From a virus (Duplodnaviria > Caudoviricetes), in IMG/VR virus record IMGVR_UViG_2700989080_000001, positions 14,065-78,064 of that record: 64,000 nt of DNA, one strand, 5' to 3'. A model generated the notes under the pieces. The model was not told where the DNA came from. It did not search any database and worked only from the letters and a program-made list of their open reading frames with translations. A program made the position numbers and the translations under genes. Positions 1-9,935 of this stretch are shown piece after piece (position 1 is the first letter of the stretch; every line of letters begins with the position of its first letter).

Positions 1-2
1 AA

Positions 3-50
3 GAGCTTGAATGGCGACTTAACGTGGTCGTGGAAGGAGACCGAGTATGA
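3..50 (+). CDS. 3' end of a gene truncated by the window (…ELEWRLNVVVEGDRV*), possibly a head-tail adaptor
   Basis: Open frame whose TGA overlaps the next ATG; the function is a guess from context. Confidence 0.4.
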   Translation, partial: ELEWRLNVVVEGDRV

Positions 51-1663
51 GTGACAAGCAGACGTGGTGCATCGTAGCTCTTCCCGAAGAAGAAAGCACT
101 GTGTGGCGGGAATCCAGCGAAAAGGTTCCGCACATGACGCTTCTCTTCTTGGGTGAACAGGATGACCCCAAGAAGGCTGAGGAGATTGCCACTTTCCTTC
201 AGCATGCAGTAAACACCAGCCTGACCAAGTTCTCGATGAGCGTCAAGGAGCGGGGTGTTCTCGGAGAAGAGGATGCCGATGTTCTATTCTTCGACCAGAA
301 GTCTTTGCCGAAGCAGCTTGTGGAATTCCGCAACTTCCTTCTGAAGGATGCGACAATTCGGTCGTGCTATGATTCGGCTTTCCAGTACCCGTCATGGACG
401 CCCCATCTCACTATGGGATATCCGAAGACGCCGGCGAAGAAGACCGACGATCATTACCCGGTTCGAACCGTGTACTTCGATCGAATCGCTTTGTGGGTCA
501 TGGATTACGATGGACCAACTTTCGATCTCGATTGGGAGCACGGAGACTACTACTCCGACCCCGAAATGGCTTCAGGAGAAATGGCAATGAGCGGTATGCC
601 GGCCCCGAGCAACTTCCGTCATCTTGGCGTGGGCGGTAAGCACACTCCTTCTCGCGATCCGCTTCAGACAGCGCTGGTTCCTGCAGCAAAGCGGGCTGAG
701 CGTTCCGCAATCGATATTGCGAATAGCGGAAGCTACATTCAGCACTATGCTTCTGGTAAGCGGTTCGACGATCCGTCCGACCCGGTTTCGCAGCGCTATA
801 TTCGAGCGAACCAGCACGCATTCCTTGAGCATCTGAACAAGGTTGCTGGCGGCACGAAGTTCGAGCAGGAGAATCGACGGTATGACATCAGCACCACGCC
901 TGACGGCGATTGGGTCTTGTCGACCATTGATCTTCTGACACATTCGGGCCTCGTCGAGACTCGTATTCGTCCCGTCACTGACGACCGCGGTCGCATTTAC
1001 AAGTACGACCTGGTTTCCGATGGCCTCGGTCAGGATGACGTTCACGGCGCCATGATGCACTACGGCATCAAGGGAATGAAGTGGGGCGTTCGTCGTAAGA
1101 GCGGTTCCGATGGAACTGTTGGCGGAAGCTCTGGCGGAACTCCTTCCAAGAGGCAGCTCAAGAAGCAGTTTCGGGAGGAAGCCAAGGCCGAAGTCGCCAA
1201 GTCCAAGCAGGACTCGAAGATTGCAAAGCTCAAGACCGACGCCCTCACCAAGGAGCAGGATCGCCGAGAGAGTTTCACTCGACCGGTCACTCCAGACGCT
1301 AGGGTTGCGGCTTCGGGTCGAAAGCGGTCTGAGAAGCACGGTACCGACGCGCTCAGCAACAAGGAGCTCAAGGACCTCGTCGAGCGAATGAATCTCGAGC
1401 AGCAGTACGCAAATCTTCAGGCTAACGGTAAGTCGAAGACTGCTCGACAGGCTGGGCGAGAGTACGTTGGCGACATCATCAAGGATGTCGGGCGAGAGCT
1501 GGCGATGGATGCGCTCAAGTTCGCCGCAACAGAAGGTGTCAAGTACGCCTTCAATCAGGGTCGAACGTCTGCTAGTACTGCTCGAGATCGTCGTCGAGCT
1601 AGCGCTAACGCTCAGCGTCTTCCGCAGCTTCAGCTCGAAGGCCGACGTCAGCTAGGTAGATAG
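47..1663 (+). CDS. 2H phosphoesterase (LigT/Acb1-like) fused to an internal HYG-tagged basic domain
   Basis: Two HxT motifs (PHMTLLF, PHLTMGY); MHYGIKGMKWG at nt 1055-1087. Confidence 0.75.
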   Translation: MSDKQTWCIVALPEEESTVWRESSEKVPHMTLLFLGEQDDPKKAEEIATFLQHAVNTSLTKFSMSVKERGVLGEEDADVLFFDQKSLPKQLVEFRNFLLKDATIRSCYDSAFQYPSWTPHLTMGYPKTPAKKTDDHYPVRTVYFDRIALWVMDYDGPTFDLDWEHGDYYSDPEMASGEMAMSGMPAPSNFRHLGVGGKHTPSRDPLQTALVPAAKRAERSAIDIANSGSYIQHYASGKRFDDPSDPVSQRYIRANQHAFLEHLNKVAGGTKFEQENRRYDISTTPDGDWVLSTIDLLTHSGLVETRIRPVTDDRGRIYKYDLVSDGLGQDDVHGAMMHYGIKGMKWGVRRKSGSDGTVGGSSGGTPSKRQLKKQFREEAKAEVAKSKQDSKIAKLKTDALTKEQDRRESFTRPVTPDARVAASGRKRSEKHGTDALSNKELKDLVERMNLEQQYANLQANGKSKTARQAGREYVGDIIKDVGRELAMDALKFAATEGVKYAFNQGRTSASTARDRRRASANAQRLPQLQLEGRRQLGR

Positions 1664-1679
1664 GGAAAGGTAATTTGCG

Positions 1680-3425
1680 ATGGGGTTGTCGAACACCGCA
1701 GTTCCGATTTACTACGGAAAGTTCCGTGAAGCGGTGCTCAATGGAGAGATTCCGGTAAACCGAGAGATCTCTATGGAGATGAATCGCATCGACGACCTCA
1801 TCGCAAATGACAACATCTATTACGATGACCAGGCCGTCGAAGGATTCATTCGCTATTGCGAAAACGAGATGACCCTGACTGATGGTTCAGATCTTCATCT
1901 TTTGGATTCGTTCAAACTTTGGGCCGAACAGATCTTCGGTTGGTACTACTTCGTCGAACGAAGTGTCTACGAACCTTTCGAAGACAATCACGGTGGGCGG
2001 TATGTCAACAAGGTTGTGAAGAAGCGACTGATCACGAAGCAGTACCTGATCGTTGCCCGAGGCGCAGCCAAGTCACTCTACGAGTCTCTTCTCCAGAGTT
2101 ACTTCCTCAACGTCGACACGCAGACCACTCACCAGATCACTACCTCCCCGACCATGAAACAGTCCGAGGAAGTGATGGCTCCATTCCGAACTGCGATCAC
2201 TCGTGCAAGAGGACCGCTGTTCGAGTTCCTTACCGAGGGTTCTATGCAGAACACCACGGGTAATAGGTTCAATAGGCAAAAACTGGCGTCAACCAAGAAG
2301 GGTATCGAGAACTTCTTGACTGGCTCCATTCTAGAAGTTCGCCCGATGTCCATCAACAAGCTTCAGGGTCTTCGACCCAAGGTCTCCACGGTGGACGAGT
2401 GGCTGTCCGGCGACATCCGCGAGGACGTCATCGGTGCTATCGAGCAGGGTGCATCCAAGCTTGACGACTACTTGATTGTGGCTGTCAGTTCAGAGGGCAC
2501 TGTTCGAAACGGCTCGGGCGACACTATCAAAATGGAACTTGCAGACATCCTTAAGGGTGAGTATTCTGCACCCCACGTCTCCATCTGGCATTACAAGTTG
2601 GACAATCTCGAAGAGGTTGCTCGACCTGAGATGTGGTTGAAGGCAAACCCCAACCTCGGTAAGACCGTAACTTACGAAACTTACCAGTTGGATGTAGAAC
2701 GAGCTGAGAAAGCACCTGCATCTCGAAACGATATCTTGGCTAAGCGATTCGGAATCCCTATGGAGGGTTACACCTACTTCTTCACTTACGAAGAGACGAT
2801 TCCTCATCGTCGTCAAAGCTTCTGGCGCCAGCCTTGTGCTCTAGGCGCTGACCTTTCGCAGGGTGACGACTTCTGTGCGTTCACTTTCTTCTTCCCGCTT
2901 CGTAACGGGAAGTTCGGAGTCAAGACTCGCAGCTACATCACCGAACTTACGTTGATGAAGTTGCCTGGCGCTCTCCGACACAAGTACGACGAGTTCGTTG
3001 CTGAAGGCAGCTTGCACGTCATGCCCGGCACTATCTTGGAGATGATGGACGTCTATGACGACCTCGACAATCATATCCAAGACTGCGAGTACGATGTCCG
3101 AGCTTTGGGCTTCGACCCGTACAACGCAAAAGAGTTCGTTGCCCGCTGGGAAGCTGAGAACGGACCATTCGGCATCGAGAAGGTTATCCAGGGTTCCAAG
3201 ACCGAATCGGTTCCTCTGGGTGAGCTCAAGATTCTGAGTGAAGAGCGTTGTCTGATCTTCGACGAGAGCCTGATGTCTTTCACGATGGGTAACGCCATCA
3301 CTCTGGAAGACACGAATGGTAACCGAAAGCTTCTCAAGAAGCGACAGGAAGAGAAGATCGATAACGTCGCAGCCATGATGGATGCTTACATCGCCTACAA
3401 GGCGAACAAGGACGCATTCAACTAA
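1680..3425 (+). CDS. terL: Terminase large subunit
   Basis: Walker A-like VARGAAKS, Walker B TVDE, nuclease motifs GADLS..D and KIDNVAA. Confidence 0.93.
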   Translation: MGLSNTAVPIYYGKFREAVLNGEIPVNREISMEMNRIDDLIANDNIYYDDQAVEGFIRYCENEMTLTDGSDLHLLDSFKLWAEQIFGWYYFVERSVYEPFEDNHGGRYVNKVVKKRLITKQYLIVARGAAKSLYESLLQSYFLNVDTQTTHQITTSPTMKQSEEVMAPFRTAITRARGPLFEFLTEGSMQNTTGNRFNRQKLASTKKGIENFLTGSILEVRPMSINKLQGLRPKVSTVDEWLSGDIREDVIGAIEQGASKLDDYLIVAVSSEGTVRNGSGDTIKMELADILKGEYSAPHVSIWHYKLDNLEEVARPEMWLKANPNLGKTVTYETYQLDVERAEKAPASRNDILAKRFGIPMEGYTYFFTYEETIPHRRQSFWRQPCALGADLSQGDDFCAFTFFFPLRNGKFGVKTRSYITELTLMKLPGALRHKYDEFVAEGSLHVMPGTILEMMDVYDDLDNHIQDCEYDVRALGFDPYNAKEFVARWEAENGPFGIEKVIQGSKTESVPLGELKILSEERCLIFDESLMSFTMGNAITLEDTNGNRKLLKKRQEEKIDNVAAMMDAYIAYKANKDAFN

Positions 3426-3443
3426 TCGAGAAAGGTGTCTCCA

Positions 3444-3584
3444 ATGTCTGATTTGGGATACTCCGCAATCAAGAGAAGCCCTGAAAAGCATCTCTTTGCT
3501 TTCGCTCTTTCGAGCCTACCCAACCCCGACGACGTTGTAATTGACGGCGACAGCAGTGAAGGAGAGATCGATGGAAACGCTTGA
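3444..3584 (+). CDS. Small hypothetical protein (46 aa)
   Basis: RBS GAAAGG before ATG; fills the gap; below ORF-track cutoff. Confidence 0.45.
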   Translation: MSDLGYSAIKRSPEKHLFAFALSSLPNPDDVVIDGDSSEGEIDGNA

Positions 3585-3942
3585 TGCTGAGGACTTCCTT
3601 GCTCACTACGGTGTTAAGGGGATGAAGTGGGGCCAGACTCGCTCCAAGAGTGATCTGGTCAAGGCTCGCGCTGCTGGTCGTCGCGAGTTCGGTTCAAATC
3701 TCAAGGATCGCTACACCAAGACCGGCAAGTATGGTCAAACGAAGATCAAGAAGACCAAGGCTGTCGGAACTGTCGCCGATATTATGCTTACCGGCGGCAT
3801 GTACACCGGAGTTCAGATTGCACGATCTGGCGGCTTTACTCGAGGACAGTCTGCAGTCATCGGCATGATCACTGGTCCTGTCGGCGCCACGGTTGCAAGC
3901 GAGATTCGAGTTCGTACTGTCACCAGCCGGGATGCTCGCTAA
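3571..3942 (+). CDS. HYG-tag protein 1 (putative internal head protein)
   Basis: AAGGAG RBS; EDFLAHYGVKGMKWG; two hydrophobic segments. Confidence 0.8.
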   Translation: METLDAEDFLAHYGVKGMKWGQTRSKSDLVKARAAGRREFGSNLKDRYTKTGKYGQTKIKKTKAVGTVADIMLTGGMYTGVQIARSGGFTRGQSAVIGMITGPVGATVASEIRVRTVTSRDAR

Positions 3943-3963
3943 GCTTTCGAGGGAGTCATTCCA

Positions 3964-4800
3964 ATGAGTAACGAAGTGGACAACTTCCTTGCTCACTACG
4001 GTGTCAAGGGAATGAAGTGGGGTGTCACAAAAGATCAACATCGCGAGTACAAAGAAGTTGCTTCTCGTGACACCACTAACATGGTCAAGCGTGCTGGTTC
4101 GACAGTGCAGATGACTCGCTATTTCTCTCAGGGCGGCACTCTGAAGAAGCAGCAGAAGTACACGAAGGATTGGTACGACAAACTCGAAGGCGGCAAGGAA
4201 TTCATCGAAAAGGGTGCTTCTCTGAATCGCGTTGTTCGAGGTGTCGATGACAGAGCCCTCGCCGGGCGCTTGTATGTCTCAAGTCTGAAGAGTGACAACG
4301 AGATGTACAAGGCTGTCATTCCTGCCGTTCAAAAGAAGTTCGCTTTTGGTCAGAAGCAGTACCACTCGGTTTACCAGGTGGAGCTCGAAACCAAGAAGCG
4401 ATTGGCGATGCCGTCTCAGAAGGAGCGTGTCGACGCCTTCATCGAAACCATTCAAACGCCTACTGGCCGAGACTGGATGAAGAAGAACGGCTACAAGCGC
4501 GAGATCGATGAGCTTAACGCCAAGGAGATGGGGCTTAAGGCATACAAGAAGTTCAACAAGTATGCCGGAGACCAGGGCTCTAAGATGAACGACGCTTACT
4601 TCAACAAACTCAAGTCTCGCGGCTATGATGCTCTCATCGATGACAACGATGCGGGCATTTGGAGTAAGAAGCCGATGATCCTGCTGTCGCCGAGTAGTAC
4701 GGTCAAAGTCAAGAGTGTTCGTCAGCTTACCGCCGACGAGATCAATCAGGCTCAGCGAAACGTTCTCAAGGACCGTGACTTCAAAGAGAGGAGGTCGTGA
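3964..4800 (+). CDS. HYG-tag protein 2, possible ADP-ribosyltransferase-fold domain
   Basis: DNFLAHYGVKGMKWG; RLYVS...GYDALIDDND domain shared with 5785..6858. Confidence 0.75.
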   Translation: MSNEVDNFLAHYGVKGMKWGVTKDQHREYKEVASRDTTNMVKRAGSTVQMTRYFSQGGTLKKQQKYTKDWYDKLEGGKEFIEKGASLNRVVRGVDDRALAGRLYVSSLKSDNEMYKAVIPAVQKKFAFGQKQYHSVYQVELETKKRLAMPSQKERVDAFIETIQTPTGRDWMKKNGYKREIDELNAKEMGLKAYKKFNKYAGDQGSKMNDAYFNKLKSRGYDALIDDNDAGIWSKKPMILLSPSSTVKVKSVRQLTADEINQAQRNVLKDRDFKERRS

Positions 4801-5783
4801 TGAGCAATAGCGCAGATGACTTCCTCGCCCACTATGGTGTCAAGGGAATGAAGTGGGGCGTAAAGCGCTCACAGGCTCAACTAGATCGAGCTGCTGGCGG
4901 TCGTCAAAATGGGAGTGGCGGAGCATCTGATTCTGCACCCAAGCAGGGGATGAGTCGTAAGAAGAAGATCGCTATCGGTGCTGGAGTTGTTGGTGGTGTA
5001 GCCCTGGTTGCTCTAGGCGCCTATGCCGTCAACAAGCAGATCGATACGAACAAACTTCGAACTCTTGGCGAGATGCGAAAGCAGGCCGAAGCAAATTTGG
5101 CCGGCAAGAAGGCTGCTCAAGCGCAGATCCAAGCGTTTGGTAAGAAGTCGAAGTGGGAGCTTGCGTCGGAACTTCCGGCAAAACCCAAAAAGTCGCCCAT
5201 GACTCAGGCCGAGTACAAAGCTCAGGCGCAGGCCAAGGTTCAGGCTCGGACAAACGAACTGATCGCCAAGTCGGGATCGAAGCCGATGGGTAAGGCGGCG
5301 CGTAGAAAGGCTGCCGAACAGCAAGCTATTCAGGAACACTTCAACAAGTTCGCCAAGAAGTCGTTCTTGGATCTCGCCACCGAACTTCCTTCCGCCCCGA
5401 AGCAGCCTAAGCTGTCTCGAAAGGAAGCGAATCGTCGCACCAACGAGGCGGTTCGAAAGGCAACTGAAACCCAGCAGATCAACAACAGGTTGAATGCTGT
5501 TCGAGGAATCCTTGACAAGTCGGGGTCGACTCCGGCACGAAAGGCGAGTTCCTCGTACACCAATCGGGACCGAAAGAGCGACACCAAGCTCTATGGTAAC
5601 GAAGGTGCTGCGAGAATTCAGAAGCGGGTTGCCAAGGGGACGCTCCTTTCCGAAGCTCGACGCAAGGAAGCCACTCGACAGTACGGCGTTAAAGCTGCAC
5701 GAGTTGGGTTGAACATCAACTCGGCAGGGCGTCGTGAGTCGAAGGACTACGAGCGTCTTCGGAAGCAAGCCGGAAGGGGTTAG
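4797..5783 (+). CDS. HYG-tag protein 3, very basic, one hydrophobic helix
   Basis: DDFLAHYGVKGMKWG; GAGGAGG RBS; internal repeat KKS..ELA.ELP..PK. Confidence 0.8.
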   Translation: MMSNSADDFLAHYGVKGMKWGVKRSQAQLDRAAGGRQNGSGGASDSAPKQGMSRKKKIAIGAGVVGGVALVALGAYAVNKQIDTNKLRTLGEMRKQAEANLAGKKAAQAQIQAFGKKSKWELASELPAKPKKSPMTQAEYKAQAQAKVQARTNELIAKSGSKPMGKAARRKAAEQQAIQEHFNKFAKKSFLDLATELPSAPKQPKLSRKEANRRTNEAVRKATETQQINNRLNAVRGILDKSGSTPARKASSSYTNRDRKSDTKLYGNEGAARIQKRVAKGTLLSEARRKEATRQYGVKAARVGLNINSAGRRESKDYERLRKQAGRG

Positions 5784-5784
5784 G

Positions 5785-6858
5785 GTGACTGTCGTTGAAG
5801 TTGACAACTTCCTAGCCCACTACGGTGTCAAAGGAATGAAGTGGGGCGTTATTCGCGACAGAGATCGTGGATCTAGCTCTAGTTCTTCCGAGCCAAAGCC
5901 TGCTGGTCGTCGACAAGTTGCTCTAGAAGCAAAGTACGTTCAGAAGGGACATTCGCTGGAAGACGCTCAGCAGAAAGCTGCCAGGCGAGCGAAGGTTCAA
6001 AAAGTTCTCTTGGTTGCTGGAGCAGTAACTCTTGCCGGCACTGCCGCTTACGTCGGACACAAAGAGTATGGAAAGCGTTTCACCGAGATCAGTCTTAAAG
6101 CCGGTACCGAACTCAAGTACATCAATGCAACAGGCCCAAACACTGATCTCAATCGACGTCTTTACACGACATTCAACGAAGCTGATACTAAAAAGTATCG
6201 AGGTATGTTGGCTAAACAGCTTCAGAAGAATAAAAGTGGGACGACGATCTACGAAACCGTTCTGACCGCCAAACAGGACATCAAAGCTCCTTCGCATAAA
6301 CAGGCTGAGCAGGTTTTCAAAGACCTCGTTAAGTCTGGAGCTATGGACGTAAAGTTCTTTGGTAGGAACCAAACGTACAAGGAATTCAACGGAGATCTTG
6401 TGCGAGGTAATACTCCAGAAGCGAAAACCTTCTACGATGCTCTCAAGAAAAAGGGTTTCAACGCTGTCTTGGATTCAAACGATCAGTTTGTTTCTGGTTA
6501 TAACACGAAACATCCGTTGATCCTCTTTAACGCTGCTTCGAGCACTGTCAAGACTGGTGAGTCAGTGGTGAACCAGAAGACTATCGATGGTTTGTATAAT
6601 CGCCAAGTGGCTGGGGTCATGGCTAGACAGTTCGCCCCTACGGTAGCTATGGGTGCGGCAGCTGTTGGTGCTCATCGATACATCGAGTCCAAGAGCAAGT
6701 ATGCGACCGTTAACAAGTACATGGCCGAACATCCGAACACGAAGCGATCGCCTGCTGAGATCTACGCGAGTCTTCAGGTGCAACCGAACGGTCTATACGA
6801 GGTTCCTGACCTTACCGCTGTAAGCAAGCCTCCGAAGAAAGGCGGTTCCAAGAAGTGA
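5785..6858 (+). CDS. HYG-tag protein 4, paralog of 3964..4800
   Basis: DNFLAHYGVKGMKWG; RLYTT...GFNAVLDSND; GTG start chosen after upstream stop. Confidence 0.75.
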   Translation: MTVVEVDNFLAHYGVKGMKWGVIRDRDRGSSSSSSEPKPAGRRQVALEAKYVQKGHSLEDAQQKAARRAKVQKVLLVAGAVTLAGTAAYVGHKEYGKRFTEISLKAGTELKYINATGPNTDLNRRLYTTFNEADTKKYRGMLAKQLQKNKSGTTIYETVLTAKQDIKAPSHKQAEQVFKDLVKSGAMDVKFFGRNQTYKEFNGDLVRGNTPEAKTFYDALKKKGFNAVLDSNDQFVSGYNTKHPLILFNAASSTVKTGESVVNQKTIDGLYNRQVAGVMARQFAPTVAMGAAAVGAHRYIESKSKYATVNKYMAEHPNTKRSPAEIYASLQVQPNGLYEVPDLTAVSKPPKKGGSKK

Positions 6859-6977
6859 AGCTCCTACTCAAGATTCTTGATGTTCTGATCGGTAACCGCC
6901 TAGATCGTCCCGAAGTTCGAGATCTCTATCTGAGGGATCATCCGGAAGAGCGTCAAAATGGGAGTAGCAATGGATGA
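6855..6977 (+). CDS. Small hypothetical protein (40 aa)
   Basis: GTGA overlap with upstream stop; fills the gap. Confidence 0.35.
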   Translation: MKLLLKILDVLIGNRLDRPEVRDLYLRDHPEERQNGSSNG

Positions 6978-7347
6978 TTCTATTGACAACTTCCTAGCTC
7001 ACTATGGCGTCAAGGGCATGAAGTGGGGTCAACGCAAGAAGCACAAGGAGTCCAAGAAAGAATACAAGGCGAGAACCAAGAAGGAACTCGCCGAGTACAA
7101 TGAGAAAAAGGCCTTCTCTATTGCTTCTCGCGCCGCGGTTGGTAAAGAGAACGTGATCGTGAAGACAAAGTTCGGCGGCGACACACACGGCAGCATTGTA
7201 ACTGGAGAACAGTTCTATCAGCAGCTTGCTAGAGGTCGCGCTTTCGATATTCGAATCACTGAGATTTACGCTACTCGTAAAGCCGAAGGCGAACAGTTCA
7301 CTCGCGCAGCTCTCTATCCTGCATACCAGAAGTCCGAACGGAGGTGA
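6970..7347 (+). CDS. HYG-tag protein 5
   Basis: GGGAG RBS; DNFLAHYGVKGMKWG. Confidence 0.8.
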   Translation: MDDSIDNFLAHYGVKGMKWGQRKKHKESKKEYKARTKKELAEYNEKKAFSIASRAAVGKENVIVKTKFGGDTHGSIVTGEQFYQQLARGRAFDIRITEIYATRKAEGEQFTRAALYPAYQKSERR

Positions 7348-7893
7348 ATGATGGACGAAGATGTTGAGGATTTTCTAGCTCACTATGGTGTCAAAGGAAT
7401 GAAGTGGGGTCAACGTAAGAACAACCTCGCCGGAGTTTCAGTCAAGACGAACCGTGATGCTCGTAAGGATGCACAGGAGTTCGCAAGAGCAAAGATGTTC
7501 TACGGAACCGGTGCTGGTAATCGACGAAAGCTCATCAAGACTACTGTCGAATCCAAGTCAAAGGATCCGAGTTACAAGGCAGCTTTCGATCATCATCTCG
7601 CCAACCAGGACATGGGGAAGCACGCTTCGAAGGCTAAGACTGAGCGGCGTCGCAAGGATGTCAGCAGCAAGACGACCAAGACGGCTCGTGGCGTTCATCG
7701 TCAGCTGACCGGAGGTTTCGGTAGCGTTTCTATGGCTTCGGCTCTTATCGCCGGCGCCTACATCGGTGCTCGAAAGACCGGTATCGATCAGGTCATCATT
7801 AACTCTGCGAAACAGAAGATGAACGACTTGTCGAGCAAGCAAAACGATAAGAAGAACGTCAACGACTGGATGAAGAAGAACGGGTTCCTCTGA
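7348..7893 (+). CDS. HYG-tag protein 6
   Basis: GGAGG RBS; EDFLAHYGVKGMKWG. Confidence 0.8.
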   Translation: MMDEDVEDFLAHYGVKGMKWGQRKNNLAGVSVKTNRDARKDAQEFARAKMFYGTGAGNRRKLIKTTVESKSKDPSYKAAFDHHLANQDMGKHASKAKTERRRKDVSSKTTKTARGVHRQLTGGFGSVSMASALIAGAYIGARKTGIDQVIINSAKQKMNDLSSKQNDKKNVNDWMKKNGFL

Positions 7894-7934
7894 TCCCCAA
7901 CGTCGACACACCAAATGGAGAAAGGAGGTGACTT

Positions 7935-9275
7935 ATGGCTAGCGTCTCTAAAAAGCTGATGCATGCTTACAACGTTTTTACCGCAGTGGATCATCGTGAA
8001 ACCTCGTCAAGCGAGTTTTACGGAATGTCTACTTACGGTAGTCGTCCAGACCGTGTGAGAACACCGAACGTGATGGCTGCACGATCGATTATCTCATCGA
8101 TCTATACTCGACTCGGAATCGATATTGCTTCTGTTCAGCTTCGACATGTTAAGTTGGACGATCAGGGTCGATTCTTGGAAGACATCAACAGCGGATTGAA
8201 CAACTGTCTCACGGTCGAGGCCAATCTCGATCAGGGTTCTCGAGACTTTCGTCAGGACATCGCTATGACACTCTGCTCCAAGGGTTATTTGGCGATCGTT
8301 CCTATCGAGACTTCGCTCAATCCGAAGATCTCCGGCTCGTATGACATTCAAACCATGCGAGTTGGCGAAATCACGGCTTGGTATCCGAAGCACGTTCGTG
8401 TCAGTCTCTATAACGAGGCTGTTGGTCGGCGCGACGAGATCGTGGTCGAAAAGAAGCACGTTGCTGTCGTAACGAACCCTCTATATTCGATCATGAATGA
8501 GCCGAACTCGACTCTTCAACGTCTCGTCAGGAAACTGAGCCTCCTTGATTCGGTGGATGAAGCGTCTGCGTCGGGGAAACTTGACATGATCATTCAGCTT
8601 CCGTATGTCGTCAAGTCCGATGCTCGAAAGAAGCAGGCGGAACAGCGACGGTCCGACCTTGAGCAGCAGCTCACGGGAAGCAAGTACGGAATCGCTTACA
8701 CGGACGGTACCGAGAAGATCACGCAGCTCAACCGTCCTGTCGAGAACAATCTCATGGGTCAGATCACATATCTCACCGGAGAGCTGTACGCGCAGCTTGG
8801 TTTGACGGCTGAGGTTATGAACGGTACTGCCGATGAGAAGACGATGCTGAACTATTGGAATCGAACCATCGAACCAATGGTCGCCTCCATCACCGAAGAG
8901 ATGCATCGCACGTTCTTGACTAAGACCGCTCGAACTCAGAGGCAAGCGGTTCGATATTTCCGAGACCCTTTCCGTCTGGTTCCCATCGAGAACATCGCTG
9001 AGATCGCGGACAAGTTCACTCGAAATGAGATCCTTACCTCTAACGAGATTCGTCAGGTGGTCGGCTTCAGGCCGGCCGGCGATCCCAAGGCTGACCAGCT
9101 AGTCAATAGCAACATGCCTCAGGCAATCACGGGTGCTTCTGGTGAAACTCCTGCTCCGTCTCAGACTCCGTCGGCCGACCCCAACGAAGAGAAGACTTCG
9201 ACGTTGGTGAATAGCGGACTGGATGCTCTGAACTCCCAGCTTGACGGTATATTTGACGACCTGGGAGGAGAATGA
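7935..9275 (+). CDS. Portal protein
   Basis: 446 aa between terminase and capsid; HK97-like C-terminus LTSNEIRQVVG; AAAGGAGG RBS. Confidence 0.88.
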   Translation: MASVSKKLMHAYNVFTAVDHRETSSSEFYGMSTYGSRPDRVRTPNVMAARSIISSIYTRLGIDIASVQLRHVKLDDQGRFLEDINSGLNNCLTVEANLDQGSRDFRQDIAMTLCSKGYLAIVPIETSLNPKISGSYDIQTMRVGEITAWYPKHVRVSLYNEAVGRRDEIVVEKKHVAVVTNPLYSIMNEPNSTLQRLVRKLSLLDSVDEASASGKLDMIIQLPYVVKSDARKKQAEQRRSDLEQQLTGSKYGIAYTDGTEKITQLNRPVENNLMGQITYLTGELYAQLGLTAEVMNGTADEKTMLNYWNRTIEPMVASITEEMHRTFLTKTARTQRQAVRYFRDPFRLVPIENIAEIADKFTRNEILTSNEIRQVVGFRPAGDPKADQLVNSNMPQAITGASGETPAPSQTPSADPNEEKTSTLVNSGLDALNSQLDGIFDDLGGE

Positions 9276-9276
9276 G

Positions 9277-9927
9277 TTGGCGTCTCGATCCGAGCTCTTC
9301 CTTGAGGCGGTGTTTCAAGATCGTCGCACTCTGATCCACGAATACGACCCCGTCAAGGCCCGCGAGTATTATTTGCGTACTCGAGAGCTCAAGGGTCGTC
9401 AGCCAGCCCAGGCCGAAGAGCCTGAGTCGGTTCGTAACGCTCGGCAAGCAGCTGCTGCGGCTGAAGAAGCTAAGCAGAAAGTTGAAGCTGAGCGTAAGTC
9501 TCGTCGACAAGAACTGAAAGCTAAACTTGCTGATTTGGAGGCTCGACTCAAAAAGTTGAACGCCGCCATCAAACAAGCTAAGGCTGCAGCGATGCGTCGA
9601 GCAGGGGTCTCTGAAGAAACCCTGAACCGAATGATCACCCAAGAGGTGAAGAGTCCCGGTAGTTCCAAAGGCATGAAAGACGAAGCCAAGGACTCGAAGG
9701 ATTCGAAAGACTCGTCCGACTCTTCTGATGACAAACCGAAAACTGCCGCGCAAAAACGAAAAGATGCCAAGGCGGCAAAAGAGCGGTATGAAGAAGAGAA
9801 AGATAAGAATCCCGAAGCTAATGACGGCGATGCTGAGCTTCAAGAACTACAGGACAAAGTCGATTCGACTGCTGAGCGAATCGAGAAACTTCAAAAGAGA
9901 GTTCAAGCCATCGCCAGGATTGGCTGA
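9277..9927 (+). CDS. Coiled-coil head-module protein (LIH|EYDPVKAREYY N-terminus)
   Basis: GGAGGAG RBS before TTG; charged coiled coil. Confidence 0.65.
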   Translation: MASRSELFLEAVFQDRRTLIHEYDPVKAREYYLRTRELKGRQPAQAEEPESVRNARQAAAAAEEAKQKVEAERKSRRQELKAKLADLEARLKKLNAAIKQAKAAAMRRAGVSEETLNRMITQEVKSPGSSKGMKDEAKDSKDSKDSSDSSDDKPKTAAQKRKDAKAAKERYEEEKDKNPEANDGDAELQELQDKVDSTAERIEKLQKRVQAIARIG

Positions 9928-9935
9928 AAGGAAAC

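Noticed and set aside
3571-7893. HYG repeats as a DNA mobile element or diversity-generating retroelement
   Set aside because: Synonymous variation between copies, no terminal repeats, no reverse transcriptase or recombinase
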